In this document: in pieces, positions 28,466 through 42,924 of the stretch
Position numbering within the stretch: the first letter of the stretch is position 1
Layout: the number at the start of each line of letters is the position of its first letter
Assembly (NCBI GenBank): GCA_951406725.2
Contig: OX597834.1
Coordinates: 34,596,001-34,660,000, forward strand
Source: Octopus vulgaris
Lineage: Eukaryota
Direction of reading: 5' to 3'
Length of the DNA: 64,000 nt
The notes under the pieces: model-generated
The model's database searches: none
Seen by the model: only the letters and a program-made list of their open reading frames with translations
What the model was told of the DNA's origin: nothing
Translations under genes and position numbers: made by a program

Positions 28466-28609
28466 CAGACACATACATGCATGCACACACATACATATAT
28501 ATACATGCATAGATAGAGGCTTTGTCCAAGATAGTGTGACCTGAAAGATATTAGACCATGAAATTCACTAAAAGTGTTTCATGCTCTAGTATTTTTCAGA
28601 TGACTGTCT

Positions 28610-28915
<306 letters not shown>

Positions 28916-29141
28916 TATATATATATAATATACATTATCTATACACGCATGCACACACACACACACACTCACACACACACACACATAACCATCCTCAACC
29001 AATCAATCTGTATGCTAACTGATAGTGATCTGAGCTACATTGTCTCTATAAAAATAATTTTTAGAAGGGTCAGAAAAGATACAGTTTGTGATATAGTTCC
29101 ACATAACACTTGAAAAAGATATCAACCAGAATGGTAATACT

Positions 29142-29204
<63 letters not shown>

Positions 29205-32200
29205 TTAAATGTAAATAAGTCTTCATTCTATATTTTTTCCTGGGCATTTTCAGTTTCATTTATTTCTTCTGCAATATTTCTTGTTTGTTTTAATAATGGT
29301 TTATATATACATATTTATGAGTCAGCGGACAAACAAAAGCAAGTGGCACTCAACACATTTCATGGGGGTTACATACATTATTTAATAGCAGTTTGGTTTG
29401 GCTCCATGTAACTTTTGTGAGTTTGCCAAGGTCGACTTTCATCCTTCAGGATCAATAAAATAAATACCAGCCAAGCACTGGGGTTGATGTAATTGACTAA
29501 GCTCCCTACCAAAAAAACTTTCAGGCTTTGTATCTATTGTAGAAAGGACAAGTTAAATTATGTTTCCCATCAAACCACGAGCCATGATCCAGGATAAGAA
29601 AAACTTGCATCCCTTCTATTTTATGTCATTCCCTCTTTCTAATTATCATCATCATCATCAATGTCCATTGACAAATGAAATTCCTGAAGAACTGTGTTGA
29701 GGTCTTGATTTCAATTCCCAATTAGAGTCACTTCACTTGAGCTGTTAATACTCCAAGAAAACAGACTACATCCACACAACATTCCCTGCACCCACCTTCC
29801 CTAAATATTTTTACCTTTTATTTGTTTCAGGCAAATAAAGCCATGCTGGAGCACCATCTTGTACGCTTTAGTAAAACAAATCAGCCCCAGGACTTATTTT
29901 GAAACTTGGTACTTATTCTACCAGTCTCTGTTTGCCAAACTGTTAAGTTATGGGGATGTAAACAAATCAACACTGGTTGTTGAGGGAGGAGGAGGAACAA
30001 CCACAAACAGAAACACACACACACATATATTATACAACAGGCCTCTTTCGGTTTCTGTCTACCAAATCCACTTATAAGGCACAAGGCTTTGCTTGAGCCT
30101 ATAGCAGAAGACACTTACCCAACATGCTTACAATGGAATTGAACCCAAGACCATGCAATTGGTAAACAAGCTTCTTACCACACAGCTACTAACTTTATTT
30201 TTTTTTTTATCATCTACAAGGTGTACTGTCCAAAATCCTATAAATTATTCCAATGGGCCACCCTCAGTGGGACATAGATTAATAACTGAATCTAGTGGTG
30301 GCAATGATAGTCCAGTGAGAGTTTCACACTTCAGTTTTTTATGGTTTAGTCAGAGTGGGGAGGTCAGGGTCTATAACCCTTTTTGCAGGACGTTCAAAAC
30401 TGGTAACTGAAAGAGAAGAAAAAAATCAGAGACCTGACCTTTTGCTTGTCGAATTCTTGCCCGATAGCCAAGTGATAGAGTTATATGAAACAAATTAAGT
30501 CTAGCACCCACAAAAGGGACGGGCCCCTTCAAACAGGCATCCATAGAGTTACCTTATATAAAATTTTACTCACACTATTTTGGTGGATCACAGACTGTGT
30601 TAAAAAACATTGGCTCCAGGAGCCATACAATGAGATCAAACCCAAAGTCACAGTTGTAAAGCAAACATCTCAACTACACAGGCATAACTACATACATGAC
30701 TTGCAATAAAAAGAGAGGGAAAATCGAAAAACCCTGGATTGAAAGCCTTCAAAAGAGCTGATGGGTTCCAGTGAAGGTATTCAAGGGCCAGGTGATGGTA
30801 TCAGATTGGGTAATGGATTAGACCTGACCTTGCAGCCTGTACGCCACTTCCATTAACAAAACTAACCTTGTCCTTTGTTAAAAACAAATCCAATTGTTAT
30901 TTGCGTACATAAAGCCTGATAGAGAATGGGGAATTATGATTTTAAAATAAGTTAATTAGAAGACATCTTGGTGAAGTAGAAACAAGATATCAATGGGAAT
31001 AGAGAAGAAGAGGAAGTATTAAAAGAGAAAAATATCTCTTCTATTGTTTCTCAGATATTTTCATTTTGCTGACGTTACTTAACATTATGGATTCGTAGAA
31101 AGCAGATTTACTGACAGTTATTTATATACCTAACACACATACATATATATACACTCATGCAGACTTACATGCATATGCATATACACATGCATACACATAC
31201 ACATTTACACAGCTCAATGATATTAACATTATCTCACAGTATTATTGGACTTACAGTCTGATAATAAAATTTATTAAAATAAACATTCTACAAAACCTAA
31301 ATATCTTCAGTGAAATTCTGATATAAATATCTTCTACACAGATGTCATTATTGCGAGGAACTGATGCTTTAAGTAGTTATAAAATATTGTTTTAAGTGAA
31401 CGCAGTCATAATATTCTACTAGAAACTAGGTGAGCCCATGAAGAAGCCACTACATGTTCACTTGCTTTGATAGAAAGAGCAGCTATGTATCCCACAAATT
31501 ATGCCATAATGTCTTAAAAAAGAAAAAGAAGAAAAGGAAGGATATTATCATAAACATTATATGTCCACTTCTCCATGCTGGCAGAAGTTTGATTCATCAC
31601 AGCCTAAGCCAGTTCTTATTTGAAATTACTACCTTCCTAGATGGGTCAGAGCAGATATCCCACCTCACAGATTCTATTTTTGGCATGATTTCTATCACTG
31701 GATGGCTTTCCTTTTACCAACTGAGTAGATTTTATCATGGCATCAGCACTGAATAGATTACCTTGTTCCCATTAAGACTGAAGAATTCTCTCTGCATTTC
31801 TTAATTTGTTCACTAACCACTCTACAGATTGAACTAGGTATGTTCCATCACAGCACAAGCACTAAAGAGGTAACCTTGTCCCCAGCAATCTTCTCTACCC
31901 AATGTTGTCATCAACCACTTACCAACCACACTTTATAATAAATTTGTCAAAGGACAGAGTAGCCTCTCAGAGAAGCCAGTGGCCAACCATATGTGAAGAA
32001 GAGACACAGACAGTGCAATGTTATCTGCTTATTAGAACACAGGTTTCTGTGCAACTACAGCCTCCTTACATTGAGGATTATTGGTGGATGGAATCTGGTT
32101 GTGGATGGAATGTCTTTGATCACAAGTTTGCGTGATCAGAACTGTCCTATGGCTAAACAACAATTAGAAGCCATTTGAGCTAGTGAAAGGGTCACTACAT

Positions 32201-34719
32201 GTTTACTTGACCTCTGTGAAATAGCAACTAAATCTTCTAAATAACATCCGACTGTTAAAAACAAAAAAAAAAGAGGTGGTTACGTTGAATAATATAATTC
32301 CTAGATAACTTATGTCTGGGGAAAAAAAGTCAGGATGGACATAATTGGAATGCCTCTCTTAAATCTTCTTGACCAGAACTGACCCAAGGTTAAATAAAAT
32401 CACTACTGAGAAACCAATCGAAAAATAAGTTTTAAAATGATTGATTCCTTTAGATGAGGAGAACTAAAACAATGATTTAGATGGTAGAGAGCACTGTTTG
32501 AAAAGTGAAGGAGGAAGAGGCTGTATGTGTATGAGGGGGGGAGAAAAAGTGTCTGTTTCAGAGGAACACCAAGGAAAGTGTAAGATGACATAGAAAGGTC
32601 AAACCTGAGAGGAGTTGGACCTATAACGCAGGGGTGGAAGGGCTGGCGTCATGGTGGTGATGGTGTTGCTGTTGTTGGTTGTTGGTGATAGTTGTGTTGA
32701 TGATAGCATATACTATAACATACCATTTATGCGTTGTATAAATATCAATATACTACCCTCTATATAATTTACACACACATACATGGAGATATCAATTGAC
32801 TGATATCATGATATCAATGTTAGAATGGTAAAAGCCAGAGAAAAACAGCAGATAGAAGTAGCTCAACATTAGAGCTACTGAGAACCACTCCTTATTCCTG
32901 AAGAATGGCAGAGAGTTGTACAATAGTAGTATTGCAGTGGTGGTGATATTAGTAGTAGTGGTAGTAGTGATGGTAACAGAGATAGTTACTGCTGTAGAAG
33001 TTGTACTGTCTACTCGTATAACCAAAGAGAGAGCAACAAAGTGTGTATGTGTGTAATTAACACACAAACACACTCATACTTAGGTACTATAGAAAGATGG
33101 AGAAAAGAAGAAGAGAAAGTGGGAAGAGAATAAGGAGGGGTCAGAAGAAAAGAAAAGTGGTATTTCAAAACCACAAACAACAACATCAACAACAAAAGAA
33201 TTGGCAGGTGAGGAATGGGGTGGCATTTGGTGAAGAAGAATTATTTTCCACCCTTGTTTTTCATTAGGCCAGTCTCGTGTGTAATTTATATAAGATGACA
33301 GCTTTTGAGATTTAGCCAAAATGATTGACTGGACCTCCAACTGACCAAACTGATATTGGTCTTTTCAATATTTGTAAAAGAGACTATGAACTACCCTCTT
33401 AATATCAGCTTCAAACACATTGAATATAGAGTTCAATTATGTTATTGAAAATTGAATATGTAATAACAATGGTGACTTTATTAAACATTGAAAATATGAT
33501 GGCCAGACATAAAGAAGTTCATCTGTCATTGTCCTCTCTTCTGTTCACCCTCTTGGTCATGTTGCCTTCAATGAACAGAAACAATGTTAAGTAGTGAGAA
33601 CTCTTTGGTCTTGTAGAATACAAGGCAGCCTCACTGGTGTTGGTGCCACCATTAAATGCTCTCGTTAAAGTGGTTGGCAAACAAGGGGAGACAACATAGA
33701 ATTCAGAGGACCCTTTAGTCTTGTCAAGGATGTGACAACTTCACTGGTGCTGGTACTACAATAAAATTGCTGCAGTTAATCTCTGTGATGTGGTTAGCAA
33801 ACAAGGAGAGACAACATTAAGAGGATTAAGAGGACCCTTCAGGTTTATCAAAGACAAGAACAACCTCACTTGTGCTGGGTCACAATAAAATGCATCTAGT
33901 ATACACTGTAGAGTGGTTGGTGTTAGGAAGAGCATCCAGCTGCAGAAACCATACCAAAAGGGAATGAGACATGGTCCCCTGACATGTCTAGGATTGTAGT
34001 AACTCTAAATAAGCCTTGATTTAAACTATGATGAACTTGAGGCCCGTCCTGATATAAAGAGCAAATACAAAATAGCAATGATGATCAAGAGAGAGAAAGA
34101 TCCGTATTCCATTCAGGTCACCCAACATTAGATGGGTGGCCAATGCTTTTATTTGCGGGGAGGATAGGTTCGGTTTTTGAGGGGGTTTTTTTTCACTGTT
34201 TCATTAGAGAAAGAAAGACAATGCTCTTGACCTTTATTGCAGGGCCTCTGAGATTTACAGAAAAGAAGTGTGGGTAGAAGGATGGGGGAGATCTCCACTA
34301 AGACCAGACACCACTAAAAGCATCCTCTTCAGGTGATGGTGTTAAACCATGAAATAGATTTAGTCTGCCATCCAAGAACTGGTTTGGTCAATTCAGCAGG
34401 CTACCACACAGTTTCCTTCTACCCAATTTCACTCACAAGGCTTGGGTACACCTGATGCTATGGTAGAAGACACAAGTTATTCAAGATTAAAGTTATTTCA
34501 GAAGTGTCAGGCTATGGTAGAAGACGCTTGACTACAGACCCATGCAGAGGAATTGAACCCAAAATCATCTGGTTCCAAAATGGCTTTCTTACTCACACTG
34601 CAAGGCCTGCACCTACAAGTTACTTAGGTTATTTCTGAAATATCATAAAAGTATGAAAGTTTGTAATTAAATAACTACAGTGTTTGTCCATTTTATGCTT
34701 AAAGTTGGTGATGGTGATG

Positions 34720-34920
34720 TTGTTGTTTGGCCTCAAATCAGCTTTGATTGAGCAAGCCCATAATCAAAAATGTACCAGCCATGACCATCCCACCTTTCAC
34801 TCACACATTGTGCATTCAAGCCACATTATTCAATGTGTTCTTTCAATTGAGGGTAAGAGGTGATTTGAGGGAGATGTGGTTGCTATTTCTAGCAAGTAGA
34901 GCATACAGTCTCTTTGTTGG
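34720..34920 (-). repeat. Representative of a very abundant ~200-bp dispersed repeat with (AAC)n tail
   Basis: Motifs tgctagaaatagcagccaaat..cctcaaatcac..ggataatgt..ggatggtca.ggctggaatg..gatcatag.tctgctca..aaacaacaac recur at about 400, 2125, 4870, 6600, 15185, 18460, 19020, 24310, 27105, 32210, 37990, 38195, 48770 and 61580. Confidence 0.75.
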
Positions 34921-35282
34921 TTCATTCATACACAATCATACATTTCAGACATATGACTATACAGACGTTAATTAACTCCACAATATTGAGTCTGTTTCAC
35001 TTTTGTATACAATAAACAAAACAAAAGAACCGATAATAACAATAAAACTGGACTCTACAAAGGATAATAATTGGTGTTGCTGGAATTAATAAAACTATCG
35101 GAAAATATTATGAATGTGTTTTGATGCATGTGTGTGGGTCAGTGTATGAACATGTGTGCATATCTGAATATATGTGTGTGCATGTATGTGTGAGCATGCG
35201 TGTGTGTGTGTGTGTGTGTGCACACATGTATGTGTGTATGTGCACATGCATGCATGTGCGCCTAGTAAGGATACATTAGAGT

Positions 35283-35510
35283 TTAACCCTTTAGCATTCA
35301 AACCATCCATATCCAGCCCAAATATTCTACCTGTTTTAAGCTCAAATTAACCAGATCTGGCCTCTCACACCTACCCAACAATGTCATTCTAAAAATAAAC
35401 AATCACATCATCAAAATCTCAAAGCTATAAGATGATGCATGATTAATTCAAAACAATGTGAATAAATAAACATTACATTTGACAGAGGAATCCAAATGCT
35501 AAAGGGTTAA
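35283..35510 (+). mobile_element. piggyBac-type MITE (family A)
   Basis: TTAA-CCCTTTAGCATT ... AATGCTAAAGGG-TTAA: TTAA TSD plus CCC/GGG TIRs. Confidence 0.9.
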
Positions 35511-36515
35511 AAAGCTAATCTTTTTTTTTTTCCTCTATAAATGTTTCATCAAAGTTCCTTTATGCTCAATTTGGAACAATGATTTCCCCAAGTTCTTTAA
35601 CATTTTTAGATTTTCTAAATCTAAAATAACAGCAAATGGAAGGAAAAAATACAAGAACTTTTGAAAGGAACGAGGAGGTATGTAAATATAATAACTATAT
35701 AAACATGCCCGTGTGTGTGTGTGTGTGTGTGTGGTGTGTGTGTCTGGTGTGTGTGTGTTTGTGTGTGTATGGGGAAGTGTCTCCTTGTCTGGACATCTTG
35801 TGATATTTGTAAACAAATGTTACCATCATACAAGGGATGTCCTTCACTCCCAATCTGCCATGAAAAGAATTGTCTGGCTATGGGTAAATATTATTTTGCT
35901 TGGAAACCAGTGTGGGTTAGTGAGAGGAAGGGCATCCAGCTGTAGGAAATCTCCCTCAACAAATTCTGCTTGACCCATACAAACATGGACAAGTGGATAT
36001 TAAAATGATGACAACAACAACAATGTTGGTGGTGATGGAGGTGATGGTAGTGGCAGTGGTGGTTGTGGTGGTGGTGGTGGTGGGGTTTTCTTTTTTTAGC
36101 AAGGCTATGAAACGATGCAGCCAAACTAAGAAAGATATATATCATTATACTCAAGTGATTGTCTAAAGAAATGTGATGAGAACTTTATCAAATGGCTGGA
36201 ATTGATAGCCAGAAAGATCAGAAAGATCTCAAGGCTATTACACAATAGATTCATTATTGATTCCCTCTCTGTTTGATTCTAAAATCAGGGAAAAATGGGA
36301 AATGATTTCATTTATCTATTGGAACAATTGCTTTTAAAGCCAGATGTCTTTCTCACTGCTAATCATTCAACCATAAAGTTAAGTGGAGACTCTGTTGTGC
36401 CAGCAGTCAAGCAAACTGAAGCATCTGGAATTATGCGACTTGCTCAGGGGGCAAAATATAACAACTGTAGCAAAGTTGGAACTCATAACCTTGGGATCAA
36501 TAATCCAACAACCCC

Positions 36516-36736
36516 TTAACCCTTTAGCATTCAGATTGCTCTGTCAAATATAATGCTTATTTATTCAAAGTGTTTTCAATTAATCATGCATTACCTCACA
36601 GTTTTGAAATTTGGATGATTATATTTTTGGAATGACATTTTAGGATAGGTGTAAGAGGCCAGATCTGGCCAGTTTGAACATAAAACAGGTAGAATATTTG
36701 AGCCAGATATGGAGGCTTTAAATTCTAAAGGGTTAC
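36516..36736 (-). mobile_element. piggyBac-type MITE (family A), inverted relative to 35283-35510
   Basis: TTAACCCTTTAGCATT...AATTCTAAAGGGTTAC; the interior is the reverse complement of the 35283 copy (ccagatctgg, caggtagaatattt). Confidence 0.85.
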
Positions 36737-36840
36737 ACCTTTTTGTGACCTTATTTCTTAAGATATAATACACATTGTCTATGTTCAAATTAATTTTTGA
36801 TAATAATCATGAACTTGGATGAATCAAATTGAATAATTCT

Positions 36841-37158
36841 GTGTCTTTGAAGAGTCATTATGCCAATAATAAACATACACACTGGTTCCATTTCACTTCT
36901 TTTAGCATTATCATTAGTTAATTCATTAACATTTACCTAATTAACTAATTGATTATTTGATTAATCATTTGGTCAGTTAAACAATCAGTCAATGACTTTG
37001 ACAAAGCTAGCTGACTGATTGATTGTCCAAACAATTAATCAAACAAACTTGCTAGTTATTTGGTTAAATGCTAAGAAATTGGCTAATAATAACTAAAGAA
37101 GTGAAACAGAATCAGTGCATGTATTTACTATTAGTATAATGACCCTCCTACAATACAA
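36841..37158. mobile_element. Foldback/MITE-like ~320-bp imperfect palindrome; partial sister copy at 16072-16230
   Basis: Left arm gagtcattatgccaataataaacatacacactggttccatttcacttct pairs with right arm agaagtgaaacagaatcagtgcatgtatttactattagtataatgaccct. Symmetry continues inward to the centre ctttg-a-caaag (36996-37006). Confidence 0.75.
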
Positions 37159-39329
37159 CAAACAATGTAAGCCCTGTCTTTAATTTATGAGTTTTTAAGA
37201 TATGGCTGCTTAAATGGTACAAATGTTATAAAATGCAAGTACAGTTCACCTAATTGGATTTCACACAATTACCATCTATTTAATTTGTTCACAATACTTA
37301 GGTTGATCCTTGACTATTGTAGAAGATAATTTCCTAAGATTCCATGCAGTGGGACTGAACCAAGAACATCATGGTTTAGTAGAAAACTTAATTACTCTGC
37401 TATGTCCCGATTACAGGAGATTTGAAATAATGGACAAAGTTAAAGAAAATTGTCAATTCCAATTATAGTTTGTAGTTAGAGTAGTAATTACATGAGGATT
37501 GTGCATTTTCTTTTTTGCTATTTTTTCTTTGTTTTGATTAATTTAAAATATGAAAATATAATTTCATTCATTTTCCAAACATTTAAAAAAAATTATTTCC
37601 CTCATTGTTTTGATGTTTCCAGTTTTAAATCCGTGTTGACATGTCACTGACACATTCTTGATGACAAGGTGGTCAATGACATGTTGAGAAATTGTTGATA
37701 CATGTATGGACACTGCGGCAAAGAAGGCAATTTCTGTGGTCAATTACAAACACTATTATCATGTGACTGTCTCAGAAAGAGGACAGGAAATGAAACAAGG
37801 GTTCTAATGATGATGAAGAGATAGCAGGGAGCAGGACAGGAAGGAGGGTGATGTAACTATGGAAACAAAAATAAATGAGAAAATAAAGGCAGAGTAATGG
37901 AAGAAGGGATAAGATGTTGAATGTGCATATCTTACAAAGACTGCTTTGGTATGATTAAGAGCCATCAAGAGAGCTTCTAGATGGTCACTTGGCTTGCCTG
38001 CAAAAAACAGCAGCCATACTTCTCATAAAATCAGACACTACCATTTTAAAAAGGAAGGACATTGGATAATGTGGTCCTAGATAAACTATCTTTTATCTTT
38101 TGCTTGTTTCAATCATTGGACTGCAACTATTCTGGGACATTGCCTCAAAGAGTTTTAGTCAACAAATCAATGACAAAGCTTCCCATAGTTACTCCTGCTA
38201 GATATAACAGCCAAATCTTCCTCAAACCCATGCACTAAAGTCTTAAATAAGAATGCATTAAATAATATAGTCTAAGTGGAAAAAAATAAGGTGATCACAG
38301 TTTAAATTCTTTAGATCATAGATCTGCTCAATAAGGTCTGAATCAGGTTTAAACAACAACTTCTATTCTTGAACTGCTTTACCTTGGGCCCTCAGCTTTT
38401 GATGAAGTTGTAGGGGCATTGTCTCGATATACTGCATGTGTTGAATATTCTAAATCTGGCAGAGTTCATCCCTTTCCAGACCTGACCACAATCAGTTACT
38501 TCCATGAGAGTGAAAAACCCATCACAGTTTCGAGTTCGGTCCCACAGCATGGTATCTTATGGGTCTTCTTACTGCAACCCTGAGCCAACCAAAACCTTGT
38601 AGGGGCATTTGGTAGATGAAGACTGTATTAAGTCACACACACAGAATGTGTATGTGTGTGTGTGTGTGTGTGGGCATGAATTTGAGAAAAGTGATGCTAA
38701 TGTTGACATTCATTCACTTTAAAAAATCTCTGGGATATAAAAATTCCCTTACCTAAAAAACAGGTGACAGTTGGCAACAGGAAGAGCATCCAGTTGTAAA
38801 ATCTCGCCTCAAATAAATTTCTCATCCAAGCAACCAAGCCATGCCAGCATGGTAAAAAAAAAGATGTTAAACAACTGGACAGACATTTGTGAACAACAGT
38901 GTCATTTACGATCGGTCTCCAAGTGATTCTCTGCATTTGTGACAGCGAGAGTGACAAAGGAAAATCTGACCAACTCAGACAGAACAAATATCACAAGAGA
39001 TTTCAATCAAAAGCATCAGTTTATTGATTTTCTCATCAAAGCTATCCTTTTTTGCCAATATATATATATGTGTGTGTGTGTGTATATATATCACTGTATT
39101 GACCAGACAATCAGATGATGCAATACACCACTGGTTACAATGTGCTTCTTCACATTGTTGTAGCTTTCAAATGATGCCACCCCACTGACTTGGTGTGTGT
39201 GTGTGTGTATGCTTGTGTGTGTCAGTTTTTAACAGCAGTGTAGCCTTCCCTTCAGCCCCATCTTCTCACCCCATTGTGCTGCTGCTGTCCTAAGACCCGA
39301 AAAAAAAGCTACAGTTCAAATTGATAAAC

Positions 39330-39592
<263 letters not shown>

Positions 39593-41869
39593 TTTCCCAA
39601 CCACATAATTTTGTGTTCAATCCCACTGTGTGGCACCTTGGGCAATTGTCTTATACTGTAGCCTTGACTGACTAAAGTCTTGTGAGTAGATTTGGTTGAT
39701 GGAAACTGATAGAATCCCATTGTATACATATATGTGTATATGCATGTGTGTGAATGCATACATACGTTTGTATTTCCTTGTCTTGATATCAGGTGATTGT
39801 TGTAAATGAATGTCGTCCCTTTCTAATATTCAGTGAAAACATGTCTGGTCATGGGGAAATATTACCTAGCTTGGGAACAGGAAAGGCATCCAGCTATAGA
39901 TAAATCTGCCTCAGTAAACTCAATCTGACCCATGCAAACATGGGAAAGTGAACGTTAAAATTATAATGATGAATGATGATGACATATATACTATAAGGCA
40001 GCTGTGTTGGGTTTCGTTTTATGTTTCTGCATCTTGAATTGAAATCCAGCAATAGTCAGTGGGTCAACATTTTCCTATCATCCTGCCAGACTTCAACAAA
40101 AGTTCCTAGGGTTATATTGCACGTGTGTGTGTGTGTGTGGAGGGGGTCACTGCAATTCGATAGCCTATAGCCCCAACATAATCTACAGCACCCCTCACCC
40201 CACAAGAAATATGTGGCGATGGTGGGTCTGATGCCAAATATTACAGATCAATAAATACAAACACATTTGTTGACATATTATATGACACCTAGGAGTGGGG
40301 GGGAAGTGATAAAATAAATACCAGTAATTTACTGAGACAGTACTGTCAACTATAATCATCGTTACAAAATAAAAAGAAATAAAAAAAATACTGTCCTTGT
40401 GACTAGCCACAGAAAATCAATAACGTGTGTGTGTGTGTGTGTGTGTGTGCATGTGTGTGTATGTATGCATGTGTTTGTGTGCATGTGTGTGTGTGTGTGT
40501 GGTTGTGTATTGTAAAAACAATGACTACATAATATTCTGGTGCAAATATGATATTGATTGATTGAGTGATCCCATCAGTATTTCATATCCATCATCATCA
40601 TCATCATCATCATCCCAGTTATACCTATTCTACAACTACTTGTAGTAGTAGTAGTAGTAGTAGTAGTAGTTGTAGTACCACTACTAATACTTCCATGTTA
40701 ATAGACAAAAATCTAAACGTTGTCAATCCTATGATATCGATACCTGTCTCATACACACACACACACACACAAACACACATATATGTGTGGGCTGGTTGGA
40801 GGAAGAAGGACAGCATCCGTGACCTTTGTCAGGGACTCCAAGACTGACGGGAGGAAATCTGACCACAGACCAGAAATCTGGTATGAACAGAGAGGACTCC
40901 GCAAAGGCACCTGTAGACCAGGTGATGGTGTTGCGTGTTGTGCATTTATATACATAAGCATAAGTGTATGTGTGTGTATATATATCTATGTGTGTGTATG
41001 TATGTATATATATATCTGTGTGTGTGTATGTATATATATATATATATATATATATGAACTAAGTATATGTATATATATACATATATATAGAATAAGTATA
41101 TGTATGGATGTATGCGTGTATATCATTGTTGGTGTATATAACAACAGTATTAAACATTTTAAGCACTAATTATTTATAAAACAACAAACATTATATGCAC
41201 TATTTAATGTGTGTGCATGTGTGTGTACACACACATGCAATGATCACTATTGTCCAGTGACTGGCTGTCAGTGAAATATGTACCGACCAAAGTGATTCAT
41301 TCATTTAGATCATGTGGTGTGTGCTGTCAAATGCAGCACAAGTTGCTTTAATAAACTAGGAGAGAGAGGGAAAAAAAGTGGCTGCCCATCACAAAACAAG
41401 AACAATTATAAGAAATACTCAAAAGAAAACTCAAATTTGCTGCTCTTTTTTTTTTGCGTTTTTTTTTCAGACCCAACCAGCAAAATAGAAAAAAAAAGAA
41501 ATAAATTAAATAATTACTATAAAATTCATTGCTCGATCTCTCTCTCTCCCATCTTTTTTTTTTTTAACTCATACACACCTATTTCTAACAAAAGATCTGA
41601 AAGTGTGATGGTGGTGTGAAGGGTAGTGATAGGTGATGATGTGTGATGGTGGTGGTGATAGTGATGGCGGTGGTGGTGATGAGGAGTGGTGGTCGTCGTT
41701 GTCATGATGGGTGATGTTGGTGGGTTATGATGATGTTTTAGCATCGATGATTGTAATGGTCCTGCTGCTATTTCCAAAGTATTCCATCAGCATTACCAGC
41801 AGCAGTTTCATGAGAAGTCATGTGACACACACACAGCTCCCTCTCTCTCTCTCTTTATATGTGTGTATG

Positions 41870-41923
<54 letters not shown>

Positions 41924-42059
41924 TAAAAACAGTTACACACACAACCACCACAATACCACAGCACACACACACACACACACACACAAACACATACAAATGC
42001 CACCACCACTACTACAGCGCACACAATTACTGCATTTTACTGACACCTTGGCTCCCCAC

Positions 42060-42179
42060 CACCCCAATGACAGAAAGGCAAATTTGACCCTGGAGTGATT
42101 AGAAATCGAAACATTACTTAATACTGCAAATCATTTTTGTTCAATACTCTATCAATTCTGCCAATATATCACCCTTGAT

Positions 42180-42233
<54 letters not shown>

Positions 42234-42485
42234 TATAATAATAATAATAATCCTTTCTACTATAGACACAAAGCCCGAAATTTATGTGGAGATGGGGAGA
42301 CACGATTACATTGACCACAGTGCATGACTAGTACTTATTCTATTGACCCCCAAAAGGCTGAAAGACAAAGTCAACCTCAAAGGAATTTGAACTCAGAATG
42401 TAAAGACGGATGAAATGCTGCTAAGCATTTTGTCTGGCAATGCTAACGATTCTGCCAGCTGACTGCCATATGATAATAAGAATAA

Positions 42486-42557
<72 letters not shown>

Positions 42558-42915
42558 CCTTTCTACTGAAAGGATAGGGCCGCAAATCTAGGGTTAAGGG
42601 ATTAAGTCGATTACATCGACCCCAGTATGTAACTGGTACTTAATTTATCGACCTCGAAAAGATGAAAGGCAAAGTCAACCTTGGCAGAGAATTTGAACTC
42701 AGAATATAGTGGCAAACAAAATACCGCTAAGCATTTCACCTGGCATGCTAATGATTATGCCAGCTTGCCACCTTAATACTAATACTAATAATAATAATGA
42801 TGATGATGATGATGATGATAACAACAACAACAACAATAATAATAATGGTTTTAAATTTTGACATAAGACAAGCAATTTTAGATGGATGGAATACCTTAAT
42901 TACATTGACACCAGT
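42060..42915 (-). mobile_element. Head-to-tail cluster of Deu/Nin-like SINEs separated by (AAT)n
   Basis: Near-complete copies at about 42252-42468 and 42558-42775, with partial copies on either side and long (AAT)n tracts between them. Confidence 0.8.
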
Positions 42916-42924
42916 ACTTTAACA

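Noticed and set aside
30515-30545. GGCCCCTTCAAACAG, resembling miR-133
   Set aside because: The seed region mismatches and there is no complementary star arm.
35535-35650. Minus-strand acceptor-like site followed by a short open frame
   Set aside because: No downstream donor and no similarity to expected SCAI exon 2 residues.
37019-37035. TGATTGTCCAAAC, matching the 5' part of miR-219
   Set aside because: Only about 13 nt match; it sits in the low-complexity interior of a foldback element with no proper precursor.
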